Below are positions 30,969-41,005 of a stretch of DNA of 64,000 nt, in pieces. The stretch is taken from positions 32,001 to 96,000 of IMG/VR virus record IMGVR_UViG_3300045253_000023; one strand, written 5' to 3'. Position numbers and translations under genes: made by a program. The stretch is from a virus. A model generated the notes under the pieces. That model had not been told where the DNA came from. It did no database searches and saw only the letters and a list, made by a program, of their open reading frames with translations. Within the stretch, counting starts at the first letter, position 1. Each line of letters opens with the position of its first letter.

Positions 30969-32912
30969 ATGTCTGATACGCAGGAACTCATTGACTATTC
31001 CACACCTGGAGTCATTCCACCTTGGTCCACCATTGGTTTGATCACAGCAAAACGAACATATTGCCGCAGACTGGATGAGAACAATGAGGATGGTCCAAAA
31101 GAGGAATGGGATGACGTTTGCAATCGCGTTGTAAACTCTGCAAGAACACAATTGAAGGTTCCATTTGAACCTGGTGAGGCTGAGTCCTTGTTTCATATTC
31201 TCCATGAGCTCAAGGGAAGTGTTGCTGGACGTTTCTTGTGGCAGCTTGGAACATCGACTGTTGACAAGTTGGGAATGGCTTCGCTTCAGAACTGCGCAGC
31301 TGTCGTTGTTGATGAGCCTGTGCGTCCATTCACTTGGGCCATGGACATGCTCATGCTTGGTTCTGGAATTGGTTACAATATCCAGCGCGAGTATGTGTAC
31401 AAGTTGCCGAAAGTGAAGGAAGATTACATCAAGCCTGTGCGACAGGACAATGCTTCTGCTGACTTCATCGTGCCTGATACTCGCGAAGGATGGGTCAAGT
31501 TGCTTGAATACACACTCAAGAGCGCATTTGAGGATGGTCACAAACCAGGCTTCAAGTATTCATCTCAGTTGATTCGTGGTAAGGGCACCCCAATCAAGGG
31601 ATTCGGTGGAGTTGCCTCTGGTCCAGAAGAACTTTGCCTTGGCATTGGTCAGATTGGTGAAGTGATTGAGAACCGTGCTGGCAAACAGCTGCGTCCGATC
31701 GACTGCCTTGACATCATGAACATCATTGGTCAGATTGTTGTTTCTGGTAATGTTCGTCGCAGTGCCCAGATTGCTATTGGCGATGCGGATGACTTCCAGT
31801 TTCTGCGTGCTAAGAATTGGGCATCGGGCAACATTCCCAACTGGCGCTCCAATTCAAACAACTCTGTGGTCTGCAACAACATTGATGATCTGCCAGATGA
31901 ATTCTGGAAGAACTACAATGGCAACAGCGAACCATATGGCTTGATCAATCTCAAGCTGGCGCGCTCGATGGGTCGCACTGGCGAAACCCAGTACAAAGAC
32001 AAAGAAGTGATTGGATTCAATCCATGCGCAGAACAATCACTGGCCAACAAAGAAACCTGCTGCTTGGCAGAAGTGTTTCTTCCAAACATCAAGTCAGAAG
32101 CAGAATTGTTCAAAGTGGTCAGGCTACTCTATAAGGTCTGCAAGCATTCACTTGCACTCAAATGTCACAACAAGGACACCCAGGGAATTGTTCACAAGAA
32201 CATGCGCATGGGTATCGGTGTCACTGGATATCTCCAGGCTACTGAGGAACAGCGTAGTTGGTTGGCAGAATGCTACAAGAAGCTGCGTGCCTTCGATGTC
32301 GAGTACTCCAAGGCCCAGGGATTCACCCCATCCATCAAGCTGACCACTGTGAAGCCATCTGGCACGCTCTCGTTGCTCCCAGGTGTGACTCCTGGTTGCC
32401 ATCCAGGATATGCTCAGCATATGATCCGTCGCATCCGTGTGGCATCCAATAGCCCACTGATTGAAGTCATCAAGAAACATGGCTATCATGTTGAATATCA
32501 ACGCAAATTTGATGGCAGCAATGATTACAACACAATGGTGGCTTCGTTTCCATATTCCTATCCAGCAGGCACCAAGCTGGCCAAGGACATGTCAGCAATT
32601 GATCAGCTGGAAACAGTTCGCACTCTTCAAACAGATTGGTCTGATAATTCAGTGTCTTGCACAGTGTATTATCGCAAGGAAGAATTGCCTGAGATCAAGG
32701 AATATCTGGCCAAGCATTACAACAAGAACTTCAAGACACTGTCATTCTTGTTGCATTCTGAGCATGGCTTTGATCAGGCTCCATTTGAAGAGATCACTGA
32801 AGAGGCTCACACCAAGATGGTGTCCAAGTCCAAGATTATCTTGACAATTGATGATGCTGGTGAACTTGATGTTGATGCTGAATGCGCAGGTGGTGTATGT
32901 CCAATACGATAG
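30969..32912 (+). CDS. nrdJ: Class II (adenosylcobalamin-dependent, monomeric-type) ribonucleotide reductase
   Basis: AGRFLWQLG, LQNC, GNVRRSA, FNPCAEQ, TTVKPSGT, C-terminal C.GGVCP. Confidence 0.93.
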   Translation: MSDTQELIDYSTPGVIPPWSTIGLITAKRTYCRRLDENNEDGPKEEWDDVCNRVVNSARTQLKVPFEPGEAESLFHILHELKGSVAGRFLWQLGTSTVDKLGMASLQNCAAVVVDEPVRPFTWAMDMLMLGSGIGYNIQREYVYKLPKVKEDYIKPVRQDNASADFIVPDTREGWVKLLEYTLKSAFEDGHKPGFKYSSQLIRGKGTPIKGFGGVASGPEELCLGIGQIGEVIENRAGKQLRPIDCLDIMNIIGQIVVSGNVRRSAQIAIGDADDFQFLRAKNWASGNIPNWRSNSNNSVVCNNIDDLPDEFWKNYNGNSEPYGLINLKLARSMGRTGETQYKDKEVIGFNPCAEQSLANKETCCLAEVFLPNIKSEAELFKVVRLLYKVCKHSLALKCHNKDTQGIVHKNMRMGIGVTGYLQATEEQRSWLAECYKKLRAFDVEYSKAQGFTPSIKLTTVKPSGTLSLLPGVTPGCHPGYAQHMIRRIRVASNSPLIEVIKKHGYHVEYQRKFDGSNDYNTMVASFPYSYPAGTKLAKDMSAIDQLETVRTLQTDWSDNSVSCTVYYRKEELPEIKEYLAKHYNKNFKTLSFLLHSEHGFDQAPFEEITEEAHTKMVSKSKIILTIDDAGELDVDAECAGGVCPIR

Positions 32913-33023
32913 AATGTCCTAATTGCTTTGCGAAACCAATGAGTCGAATTCGGATGGTCAAACATCATGAAACTTGTTGGCCAACGCATATAAGTACCAA
33001 GTCAGAACAGGAGTTACCATCCA

Positions 33024-33248
33024 ATGGCAGCACTCGAAATTCCAAAGAAGAAAGAACTGCAAGAACAAGCTGATGAGATTCTTGGTCTTATTGCTTTCCA
33101 GCCTTTGACTGAAGCAGTCGAAGTTGTGAAGGAATACAACAAGAATCATGAATCGCATTTCTCGCTCGTTTACAACAACCAAACCCGAACAGCAACAGTG
33201 ATGAACAAAGGTCGTCGATTCTTTGAGATCACTCCTGACGGAATGTAA
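33024..33248 (+). CDS. Hypothetical protein
   Basis: AGGAG SD; TAAGTA upstream at 32991. Confidence 0.55.
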   Translation: MAALEIPKKKELQEQADEILGLIAFQPLTEAVEVVKEYNKNHESHFSLVYNNQTRTATVMNKGRRFFEITPDGM

Positions 33249-33264
33249 CAAAGGACATCATATC

Positions 33265-33636
33265 ATGATAAATTATGCAGCAATTGCGAAAGTGGCCCAT
33301 GAAATCAACAGAGCATACTGTCAGGCTCTCGGTGATTTTTCTCAGCAATCGTGGGAAGCAGCCCCAGATTGGCAAAAAGATTCTGCTGTCGCTGGAGTCA
33401 AATTCCATTGCGATAATCCATCAGCAACACCTGAACAGTCTCATGAGAAGTGGTTGGAAGTCAAGAAGGCTGAAGGCTGGACGTATGGTCCTGTCAAAGA
33501 TGCCGTCAAGAAAGAACATCCTTGCTTCATGCCATATGATGGCTTGCCTGTTGAGCAACGCGCCAAGGACTATCTGTTCCGCCAAACGGTACACAGCTTG
33601 AAGGACATTCTTGCCTTCCATACAAAGAACGCTTGA
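33265..33636 (+). CDS. RyR-domain protein
   Basis: HEKW...K.AEGWTYGPVKD..KKEHPC.MPYD.LP.EQ..KD. Confidence 0.85.
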   Translation: MINYAAIAKVAHEINRAYCQALGDFSQQSWEAAPDWQKDSAVAGVKFHCDNPSATPEQSHEKWLEVKKAEGWTYGPVKDAVKKEHPCFMPYDGLPVEQRAKDYLFRQTVHSLKDILAFHTKNA

Positions 33637-33687
33637 CTTCTTTGTTCAACTCAGGTAGAATAGATTCCCTTGTGATAGGAGTATATC

Positions 33688-34623
33688 ATGCGCATTCGTT
33701 ACGTCTCAGATTTACATCTTGAAATCTCCCGCGACAACTTTCGCTTGGACAACAAGCAGAAGGATGACGTTCTTGTTTTGGCTGGAGACATCTGCTGCTT
33801 GATGGATGTGTATCATGCTCAGGACTTCATGGAGGACGCACTGTCCACTGTGATGAAGGATGTCTACATCAACTTCATCAATGATTGCTGCAAGAAATTC
33901 AAGCATGTCATTATGGTGCTCGGCAACCACGATTATTGGGGTTTGCAGATTCAGATGCAGCCTGACAATCCTCACTATTTCCTGAGCAACAATCCTCAGG
34001 CAGACAAGAGTCCAATCATCTATCAGCATCTGGCGCAAAAGAATGCCAACTTCCATTTGCTGAGTGGTAATTCTGTCTTTGTTGACAATGTGCTCTTCAT
34101 TGGCGCGACCCTTTGGACGGATATGAAGAATGGCGACCCAATGATCTCCATCCAGTCGAAGACACATATGAATGACTGGCGCAAGATTTATGTGCAATCC
34201 AAGTATAGTTGCACTGCGATCACACCTGCTGATTGGGTCAAACTAAATAAGATTGACACTCAGAAACTCGCTGGCCAGCTCAACGCAGCAATCAAGGCCA
34301 ATGTCGAGAAGATTGTTGTTGTCACTCACATGGCTCCATTCTCCGAGTCAGTTGGTGCAAAATTCGTTGGCAACCCAATGAATCACATGTTCCACAACAA
34401 CAATTTCGGCTCAGTCAAAACAGGTGCAGTTGCGCCATTTGATCGTGCCAACATTTGGATCCATGGTCACATGCATGATGTGGTGGACTACAATGTCTTG
34501 AATGACAACGATACCGCAACTCACGTTGTTGCCAATCCACGAGGATATGTCTTCAAAGACAATCATGGCAAGTGGGTGTCTGAACGTACTAACTTCAATC
34601 CCAACCTCTTTGTAGAGATTTGA
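33688..34623 (+). CDS. Calcineurin-like metallophosphoesterase
   Basis: SDLH, LAGDI, GNHD, VTHMAP, WIHGHMH, NPRGY. Confidence 0.9.
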   Translation: MRIRYVSDLHLEISRDNFRLDNKQKDDVLVLAGDICCLMDVYHAQDFMEDALSTVMKDVYINFINDCCKKFKHVIMVLGNHDYWGLQIQMQPDNPHYFLSNNPQADKSPIIYQHLAQKNANFHLLSGNSVFVDNVLFIGATLWTDMKNGDPMISIQSKTHMNDWRKIYVQSKYSCTAITPADWVKLNKIDTQKLAGQLNAAIKANVEKIVVVTHMAPFSESVGAKFVGNPMNHMFHNNNFGSVKTGAVAPFDRANIWIHGHMHDVVDYNVLNDNDTATHVVANPRGYVFKDNHGKWVSERTNFNPNLFVEI

Positions 34624-34626
34624 CAT

Positions 34627-35277
34627 ATGACAGCACGCCTGCGTGATTACATCCGCATATACGATGATGCGATTCCAGCTGAGGCTATCGACAAGCTGCG
34701 TCAGTTCTACTATTTCATGGAGAAGAAAGGTGATGTGAAGTTGGTTGATGTTGAGAACTATGCCAGATACTATCATGTTCCCATCACATCGTCAATCAAG
34801 GAAAAGGAAGATGAGGCGCATCTATGCCATAAGTATTTGGCAAAGGTTCAACTGCATTATTTCCAGGAATATCAGAAGCAAATTGGTATCTCACATCAAC
34901 GATTGTTCTCTTCTGAATCTGATGGCGACACCACACGCGCATACAATGAATCATTCTTCATGCGCATGTATGCTCAGGATTGTTTCGTTGGCGAGCAGTA
35001 TGATGCGCGTTGCCACAACTCTGGTCGTCGTTTCTTGTCTTCAGTTTTGTTCTTGACCAATGATGAACAGAACTCATTCCACTTCGATACTCCAGTGGTT
35101 GCTGAACCAATCAAGGCAAAGGAAGGTCGTCTTGTGATCTTCCCATCCAGTTGGCAGTATGTCCACAAGGAACTTCCACCAATTGAAACTCATCCGCGCA
35201 TCAACATCTATGGTTTCTATAGCTGGTATGATGAACTCGCGGCCATGAAGAAGATTGAAGAGGCAAAGAAATCATGA
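34627..35277 (+). CDS. 2OG-Fe(II) oxygenase-fold protein with degenerate metal site
   Basis: RRFLSSVLFL, GRLVIFPSSWQYVH; QYD in place of HxD. Confidence 0.7.
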   Translation: MTARLRDYIRIYDDAIPAEAIDKLRQFYYFMEKKGDVKLVDVENYARYYHVPITSSIKEKEDEAHLCHKYLAKVQLHYFQEYQKQIGISHQRLFSSESDGDTTRAYNESFFMRMYAQDCFVGEQYDARCHNSGRRFLSSVLFLTNDEQNSFHFDTPVVAEPIKAKEGRLVIFPSSWQYVHKELPPIETHPRINIYGFYSWYDELAAMKKIEEAKKS

Positions 35278-35762
35278 GCGCAATCAACCACACACAATTC
35301 ATGAACATCGCCAAGGAAGTGGCCAAGAGTTCAAATTGTATCTCACTCCAAGTTGGTTCAATCATTGTTGTGGACAATCGTATTCGTTCCATGGGTTACA
35401 ATGGAACACCAAAAGGATTTGTGAACTGTTCTGATCTGTTTCGCGAACGCGGTCCAGAACACACTAAATGGTCCATGGATCATGAAGTACACGCGGAACT
35501 CAACGCTGTTCTCTATGCAGCAGCCGAGGGACTTCCGATCAAAGGCGGCACCATCTACACCACAGTTGAACCTTGTAAGAATTGCATGAAGCACATGATC
35601 GGCGCTCAGCTGAAATCATGTGTGTTCGATCAAGCATACTACAATGAACAATATGACGACAAGACCATCAAGCATGAGCTTGCCAAGGGATGTGGCTTCG
35701 GAGTTTATCAACTCATCAACGGGATTGCTGTCGATTGGACACTAGCACAAGATCAACCATAG
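35274..35762 (+). CDS. cd: dCMP deaminase
   Basis: GYNGTP, HAELNA, PCKNC. Confidence 0.92.
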   Translation: MSAINHTQFMNIAKEVAKSSNCISLQVGSIIVVDNRIRSMGYNGTPKGFVNCSDLFRERGPEHTKWSMDHEVHAELNAVLYAAAEGLPIKGGTIYTTVEPCKNCMKHMIGAQLKSCVFDQAYYNEQYDDKTIKHELAKGCGFGVYQLINGIAVDWTLAQDQP

Positions 35763-36367
35763 GAATTGACTTCTCAATGACTTCCCCTGCGCTGTGCCGC
35801 TTCATTGGCACTCCAGGGGAGTTTTCGTTTGAAGGATGTGAGTTCCTGTTTCTCACAGGAAAGAAATTCCAACAGAAAGAACACTTGAATGGCTCCATGA
35901 TTGGCCGCCCATTCAAGGCATATCGAACAGACACAGAACGTTTTCTACTGAACGCGCATGACATCAAACACTGGGTTAAACCGTCGTCGCTGGTGGACAT
36001 ATACATTGAAGGCTATTCATTCGGGTCAAGAGGCTCAAGACTTTTTCAGATCGGCGAGGCGGTGGGAATCCTCAAGACACTGTTAATGCATGACCAGGAT
36101 GGTAGAATGATCAATGAGGGAAGGAACATATGTCCACTGGCGCCGTCGGCCATCAAGAAGTTTGCGACTGGAAAAGGCAATGCAGACAAGCAAATGATGT
36201 ACAATGCGTTCTTCAAAGAGACAGGATGCAACCTGCTCAACACATTCAAACAACTCTCCGTGGCTTCTCCCATCAATGATATTGTCGATGCATATTACAT
36301 CTGCAAATTAGGAACGACTCTGAAGGGGAATACATATACAGGTACGACAACAAAACAACCAGGATAA
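35690..36367 (+). CDS. RuvC/RNase H-fold nuclease (start uncertain)
   Basis: IGIDFSMTSP, YIEGYSFGS, IKKFATGKGNADK, DIVDAY. Confidence 0.8.
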   Translation: MWLRSLSTHQRDCCRLDTSTRSTIGIDFSMTSPALCRFIGTPGEFSFEGCEFLFLTGKKFQQKEHLNGSMIGRPFKAYRTDTERFLLNAHDIKHWVKPSSLVDIYIEGYSFGSRGSRLFQIGEAVGILKTLLMHDQDGRMINEGRNICPLAPSAIKKFATGKGNADKQMMYNAFFKETGCNLLNTFKQLSVASPINDIVDAYYICKLGTTLKGNTYTGTTTKQPG

Positions 36368-36371
36368 TATC

Positions 36372-36701
36372 ATGGCAAAGGGTAGCAAGAAACAATTTGA
36401 CGATTTGAGTCCCAAAGCATTTCCTGTTGTGGGTCTCGATGCCCCAGCTGGAGAAGAGGAACAACTCATTCCATCTGAAAACACAATTGGCGATCCAAGA
36501 CCACAAACAGTTGATGGCTGGATCAAACTAAATGAACAATGGATTCGCACTGAGGCTCGTGGCCTCTATCAAGTGGTCCGTCGTTTCGTTTCCGACTTTG
36601 ATCTGCTTCCTATCATGGAATGTGATCTGCAACGATTTGAACCTTCGCTTCAAGTCCGCAGAATCCTTGAGAAGTTGCTGATCAATCACAGAAAGGCATA
36701 G
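36372..36701 (+). CDS. Hypothetical protein
   Basis: Tightly packed ORF with SD. Confidence 0.55.
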   Translation: MAKGSKKQFDDLSPKAFPVVGLDAPAGEEEQLIPSENTIGDPRPQTVDGWIKLNEQWIRTEARGLYQVVRRFVSDFDLLPIMECDLQRFEPSLQVRRILEKLLINHRKA

Positions 36702-36711
36702 GAGAAAACTT

Positions 36712-37212
36712 ATGGCAGCTGGAAAACCAGGTCGCCCACGTAAGGCACCACCAAAGACACCTGCGACAGACGCAGCTTCAGCAGCAATTGCTGAACAGGC
36801 CAAGCAGGAAAAAGAAAATGCAGAACCAGTCACTGGCGAATTCAATGCCAACGATTTGGCTCCATCTTCCGACCAAGGCAACGTCGATGCTTCTGAGGAA
36901 GATGGCGACGATGATGAACAGGAAGAAGTGCAAGATGACGATGATGCTGTTGCTTCTGATGAGAAAGAAGAACCAGCATTCAACAGCGATGACATTGAAG
37001 ATGTCAAGATTGCTGCTCTTGAATTCCTGAGCACAGATGAATGCAAAGAACTTGTTCGTCGCGGAAACAGCGCGAAGAAGATTTTCCAGATTGCTCTGCA
37101 CAACGCAGGTATGAACACTCATACACATGCATTTGCTGAGCAGATGCGCAAGCACTTCACTGACCATGCTGATGTGTTGAAAGACACTTCGGAACTCATC
37201 AAGGCACTGTAA
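36712..37212 (+). CDS. Hypothetical acidic protein with AT-hook-like GRPRK N-terminus
   Basis: KPGRPRK followed by D/E-rich tract. Confidence 0.6.
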   Translation: MAAGKPGRPRKAPPKTPATDAASAAIAEQAKQEKENAEPVTGEFNANDLAPSSDQGNVDASEEDGDDDEQEEVQDDDDAVASDEKEEPAFNSDDIEDVKIAALEFLSTDECKELVRRGNSAKKIFQIALHNAGMNTHTHAFAEQMRKHFTDHADVLKDTSELIKAL

Positions 37213-37215
37213 TCA

Positions 37216-38052
37216 ATGGTTGCTTCCTTCAGGCAGTTCTCTGGAGAGCTGACCGAAAGTGGAATGTCTTTTTCAGGCATTCAAACTTCGCGCATTTCCA
37301 AAGAGAACATTGAACCTACTGTCAATTCTGTGCTGGCCAAACTGAAGAAGTATGGTTATCGCAGAAGTGACTTGTCATTGCTGGGTTCTACAGGCAAGAA
37401 GGAGAGCAGCGGTGATATTGATGTGGGCATCCACACCGAACCACTGCTCAATGCCACCAACATGTCTGAGATTGGGCCTGCTCTGAAGAAATTGCAGAGC
37501 TATCTGGCTGGTTTCTATGGCGATGTCAAATTCATCTTTGGCATGCAGCTATCCATGGGTGTGCCTGTGGTTGGATCTTCTGGAAGACCAACTGGTGAGT
37601 TTTGCCAGGTTGATTTGATGTTCACTCCATCATTGGAGACATCTTCCTTCTACTATCACTCTCCTGCCCAGAGTGAGTCTCAGTACAAGGGCGCATACCG
37701 CACCACCCTGTTGTTCGCGATTGCGATAGAGCACCAGCGCGTTGATCTAGGTGATGGTAGAGAGGAACGATACTGGTTTGACAAATGGTATGGTCTCCTG
37801 AAGGGAGTTGAAGCCAAAGTTGGCAACAAACGAGTTGCCTCTGACAAGGAAATGGTCACCAATGTTCCTGATGAGATTGTCCAGATTCTATTGGGACCAT
37901 CCTTCACAGTTGCTGATTGCAATTCATTTGAATCCATTTGGAAGGCAATCCACTCGTCAAAGTTTGTTGGTAAATCCACATTAAGTCGAGTTGTGTCCAC
38001 ATTCAAGGACATCTGTAACAAACAAAAGATGCCGTTGCCATCAGGAGTGTAA
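37216..38052 (+). CDS. Pol-beta superfamily nucleotidyltransferase-like protein
   Basis: LGSTGKK..SGDIDV plus QVDLMF third Asp. Confidence 0.75.
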   Translation: MVASFRQFSGELTESGMSFSGIQTSRISKENIEPTVNSVLAKLKKYGYRRSDLSLLGSTGKKESSGDIDVGIHTEPLLNATNMSEIGPALKKLQSYLAGFYGDVKFIFGMQLSMGVPVVGSSGRPTGEFCQVDLMFTPSLETSSFYYHSPAQSESQYKGAYRTTLLFAIAIEHQRVDLGDGREERYWFDKWYGLLKGVEAKVGNKRVASDKEMVTNVPDEIVQILLGPSFTVADCNSFESIWKAIHSSKFVGKSTLSRVVSTFKDICNKQKMPLPSGV

Positions 38053-38055
38053 CAA

Positions 38056-39369
38056 ATGGCAACCAAGCTGTCTCCAGCCGATGTCCAGAAGTACGCAGCA
38101 TTCATCACTTCAACTTTGAAATACAAGGTGAAGAAGGTGGCTGGTAGCAAGATCACCTTGTTTGCCAAGTCATCTGATCGCATGTCTGAACTCAAAAGTC
38201 TTCAGAAGAGTTTCAAAAACAGCACCTGGGAAAACAAAGATTCATCAGTGGGTCGATTGTTTCTGAAAGACAATGGGGTGATGATCTATCTGAAAGATGA
38301 GACAGTCGGTTCTGAGTCATTGGGTATCAAAGCTGAAGCCATGGTCAAGATGGGCAAGAGCATTGTTCGTTCCAAGTGGATTGCTGGTGGCGGTGTTGAG
38401 TTTGATTCTGTTGTCCATACAGATGCGCGCACGTTGCGTGCCTCGGTTGTGGCTGCCTTCAAAGCCAATGCCAAGACAAAGAACCTGGCGCCATTCATTG
38501 ACCAACTGTTTGACAGGAAGAACTACAAGAAGATTCCATGGCCGCATGATGTGCCAGAAAATGAGCGCGCCCAGATTGCTAAGTACGTTGGTGAGGTGCT
38601 TGTGGGTTACATGGCACTTGATGGCAACTACAGCTGCATTCGCAATCTGAATCCAGGAAAGAAAGCAACTGCTGTTATCTTCCCAATGTCAGCAAACATG
38701 AAGGGAATTGATTCCATCATTGTTGTTGGCAGCAAACAGTACCCAGTTTCTTCCAAAAGCGGAACAGGTGCCTCGGCTTCCTGGTTTGCCAACATTGCGC
38801 CGTATGCTATCAAGCATCTGAATGACTTCAAGTCTTCTGAGCTCAAGACCATCGCCACATTCATCGCAAGGTCTGGTGTTGCTCCAGACAAGAGCGGAGA
38901 AGCCATTAAGTTGCTGTATCGTTATGGACTCTCTGTCATGAAGATCAAAGACATTGATCCGCTGCGCTTGTTGACCAAGGTGAAAGCACACAACAAACGT
39001 GATCCAGAAGTCATTCACATGATGTCAGAGATCAAGATGCGTGGTGAGAAGTTTCTGAATGATCCAAGAACATTACATGAAGTGATCAGCAAGTTTCCAG
39101 CATCAATCAGTGGTTTCTTCTCACGCATGATTGCGAAGAGGCTGAACTCTGATCCAGCATCCATCCAACAAATGAAAGACCTGATTGCTGCCAAAGGCTT
39201 TTGGCAAGTCAATTTGGACAAGAACAAATTCATCAAAGACAATGGCGAAATCATCTTTGATGCGAAGGTCTCCAAGGGAGGAATCAATTCTCTGAAGATC
39301 ATTGCATCCAAAGGACAGCTGACAGACCCTGGCCTCAATCGTGGTCTCCTCAATTACGAGCTCAAATAG
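38056..39369 (+). CDS. Basic hypothetical protein, possible PD-(D/E)XK nuclease fold
   Basis: GE.L, IDSII....YPVSSKSG pattern. Confidence 0.55.
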   Translation: MATKLSPADVQKYAAFITSTLKYKVKKVAGSKITLFAKSSDRMSELKSLQKSFKNSTWENKDSSVGRLFLKDNGVMIYLKDETVGSESLGIKAEAMVKMGKSIVRSKWIAGGGVEFDSVVHTDARTLRASVVAAFKANAKTKNLAPFIDQLFDRKNYKKIPWPHDVPENERAQIAKYVGEVLVGYMALDGNYSCIRNLNPGKKATAVIFPMSANMKGIDSIIVVGSKQYPVSSKSGTGASASWFANIAPYAIKHLNDFKSSELKTIATFIARSGVAPDKSGEAIKLLYRYGLSVMKIKDIDPLRLLTKVKAHNKRDPEVIHMMSEIKMRGEKFLNDPRTLHEVISKFPASISGFFSRMIAKRLNSDPASIQQMKDLIAAKGFWQVNLDKNKFIKDNGEIIFDAKVSKGGINSLKIIASKGQLTDPGLNRGLLNYELK

Positions 39370-39370
39370 C

Positions 39371-40531
39371 ATGTTGAAGGTCAAACCACTCAAGCAGTAT
39401 CTCACAGAACTCCTGCACTTGTCAGACGCATTTGACAAGAAGGGCGCTGACTTTGTTCAGCAGCTCATTTCACAACACGTGGTTGTTTCTGTGAAGGTCG
39501 ACAGCGCATCGCTTGTGGTCATGAATGACAATGGCACGCTGCGCTTCTATGGACGCAATGGTGCTCAAGAAATTGACCTGATCAAGCGCACTGGCTTTGA
39601 CTTCTATGAGAAGGCCATCAATCATTGCGAGAAGATGCAGTGGCGTCGACTTCCATCTGGTGTCCAGTTCTTCATGGAGATGTTTTCAGACATTCTCAAT
39701 CCAGTGATCAAGTATGCTACTCGCCCGCGCAATGACCTTATTCTATTGTTCGCAAAACGTGGTGGCAAGATTCTGCGTCCAGATGATCCAATGTTGTGGA
39801 AGGCTGCTGAGATTCTTCAGATTGGCGAACCACCATTGATCTTCTCTGGAAAATTGGATCAAGACCAGAAGGAACAAATCTTTGATTTCATCTCAGCTGA
39901 ACCATCTGAGCGCAAGCGCATTTTTGGCGGCGATGATTTCAAGTACATGATCTTGTCCATGTTTGCTGTTCCAAGAGTCACTGACTATCTGATCAAGAAT
40001 GGTCTTGAAGGTATTGTCTTGTACTTTGGCAATTCAGATGAACCAACTCCATTCAAGATTGTTGATCCAAAGTTCACAGAGAAGGTGCTTGACAAGATGG
40101 ATGATTCATCCACCTATCTTCAAGACTTGTATGATATGGCTTTCAACAATGCTGTTGGTTATGCCTCGCAGATTTTGAATCATGAATTCAAAATGTCCAA
40201 GACAAATGTTCAACAGGACTATGTTGAATTTGTGGGTCAACTCACCAAGAGGATCGTGGATTCCCAGGGCAAGCAGATACTAAGTACAGTTGGAAAGTAT
40301 CAGACATATGTTCAGAAGACGCGATACAGCGGTCTGAACATGAATCTCGCACCAACGTACATCTTGGCATATTCCAAGAAGTTCTTCTTTGTTGATGACT
40401 TGTTCAGGACGCTGCTGTTCTCTCTTCAGAAGAGTAATGTGCGCTCCAACCCTGCAAAGGGCATCACAGTCAAGGTCAAAGACGCACTGAACACAATTGC
40501 CACCATGCTCAAAGCAAAAGGACTTGTCTAA
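39371..40531 (+). CDS. ATP-dependent ligase-like nucleotidyltransferase
   Basis: SVKVDS (motif I-like), FFME, LEGIVL (motif IV), FKIVDP (motif V). Confidence 0.6.
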   Translation: MLKVKPLKQYLTELLHLSDAFDKKGADFVQQLISQHVVVSVKVDSASLVVMNDNGTLRFYGRNGAQEIDLIKRTGFDFYEKAINHCEKMQWRRLPSGVQFFMEMFSDILNPVIKYATRPRNDLILLFAKRGGKILRPDDPMLWKAAEILQIGEPPLIFSGKLDQDQKEQIFDFISAEPSERKRIFGGDDFKYMILSMFAVPRVTDYLIKNGLEGIVLYFGNSDEPTPFKIVDPKFTEKVLDKMDDSSTYLQDLYDMAFNNAVGYASQILNHEFKMSKTNVQQDYVEFVGQLTKRIVDSQGKQILSTVGKYQTYVQKTRYSGLNMNLAPTYILAYSKKFFFVDDLFRTLLFSLQKSNVRSNPAKGITVKVKDALNTIATMLKAKGLV

Positions 40532-40532
40532 C

Positions 40533-40982
40533 ATGACATCTGGACCAATCATCTCATTCAACCGATTCCTTGCTGAATCGGATTCCCTCACATACATGAA
40601 AGTGGCTGCCAATCAAATGGTTCAGTCTTTTCGCTTTGCGCGCTCCGAAGGAGTTGATGCAATGGGACGCTGGATTGTGTTTGTTGGTGAACAAGACCCA
40701 AAATTGCTTGACTCTTCACTGCGTGCCATGGGTTATGAGTTCTTCGAAATGACCGACGATGACGGCAATGCAGTCACAGGTTACATGAAGGATTATGTGG
40801 ACTTGCAGATCATGAAGGCTTCCCGCATTGTGGCTTCTGGCACCATTGTTGGATACGAGATTGCAATCTTCGCCGACACTGATGATGTTGAGGCTCTGGG
40901 CCTGACACCAATGGAAGGTGATTCTGGCGATGGCGATTCAGCAGACGATTCATTCACAGACAACATGCGCAATCAGTTTTAA
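40533..40982 (+). CDS. Hypothetical protein (IISFNRFLAES N-terminus)
   Basis: Tightly packed ORF. Confidence 0.6.
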   Translation: MTSGPIISFNRFLAESDSLTYMKVAANQMVQSFRFARSEGVDAMGRWIVFVGEQDPKLLDSSLRAMGYEFFEMTDDDGNAVTGYMKDYVDLQIMKASRIVASGTIVGYEIAIFADTDDVEALGLTPMEGDSGDGDSADDSFTDNMRNQF

Positions 40983-41005
40983 TCATTTTCCATCCGAGGA
41001 TTGCT

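Noticed and set aside
23572-32912. Inteins or introns in gp43, gp41 or RNR
   Set aside because: ORFs are uninterrupted and of normal length, with no intein motifs
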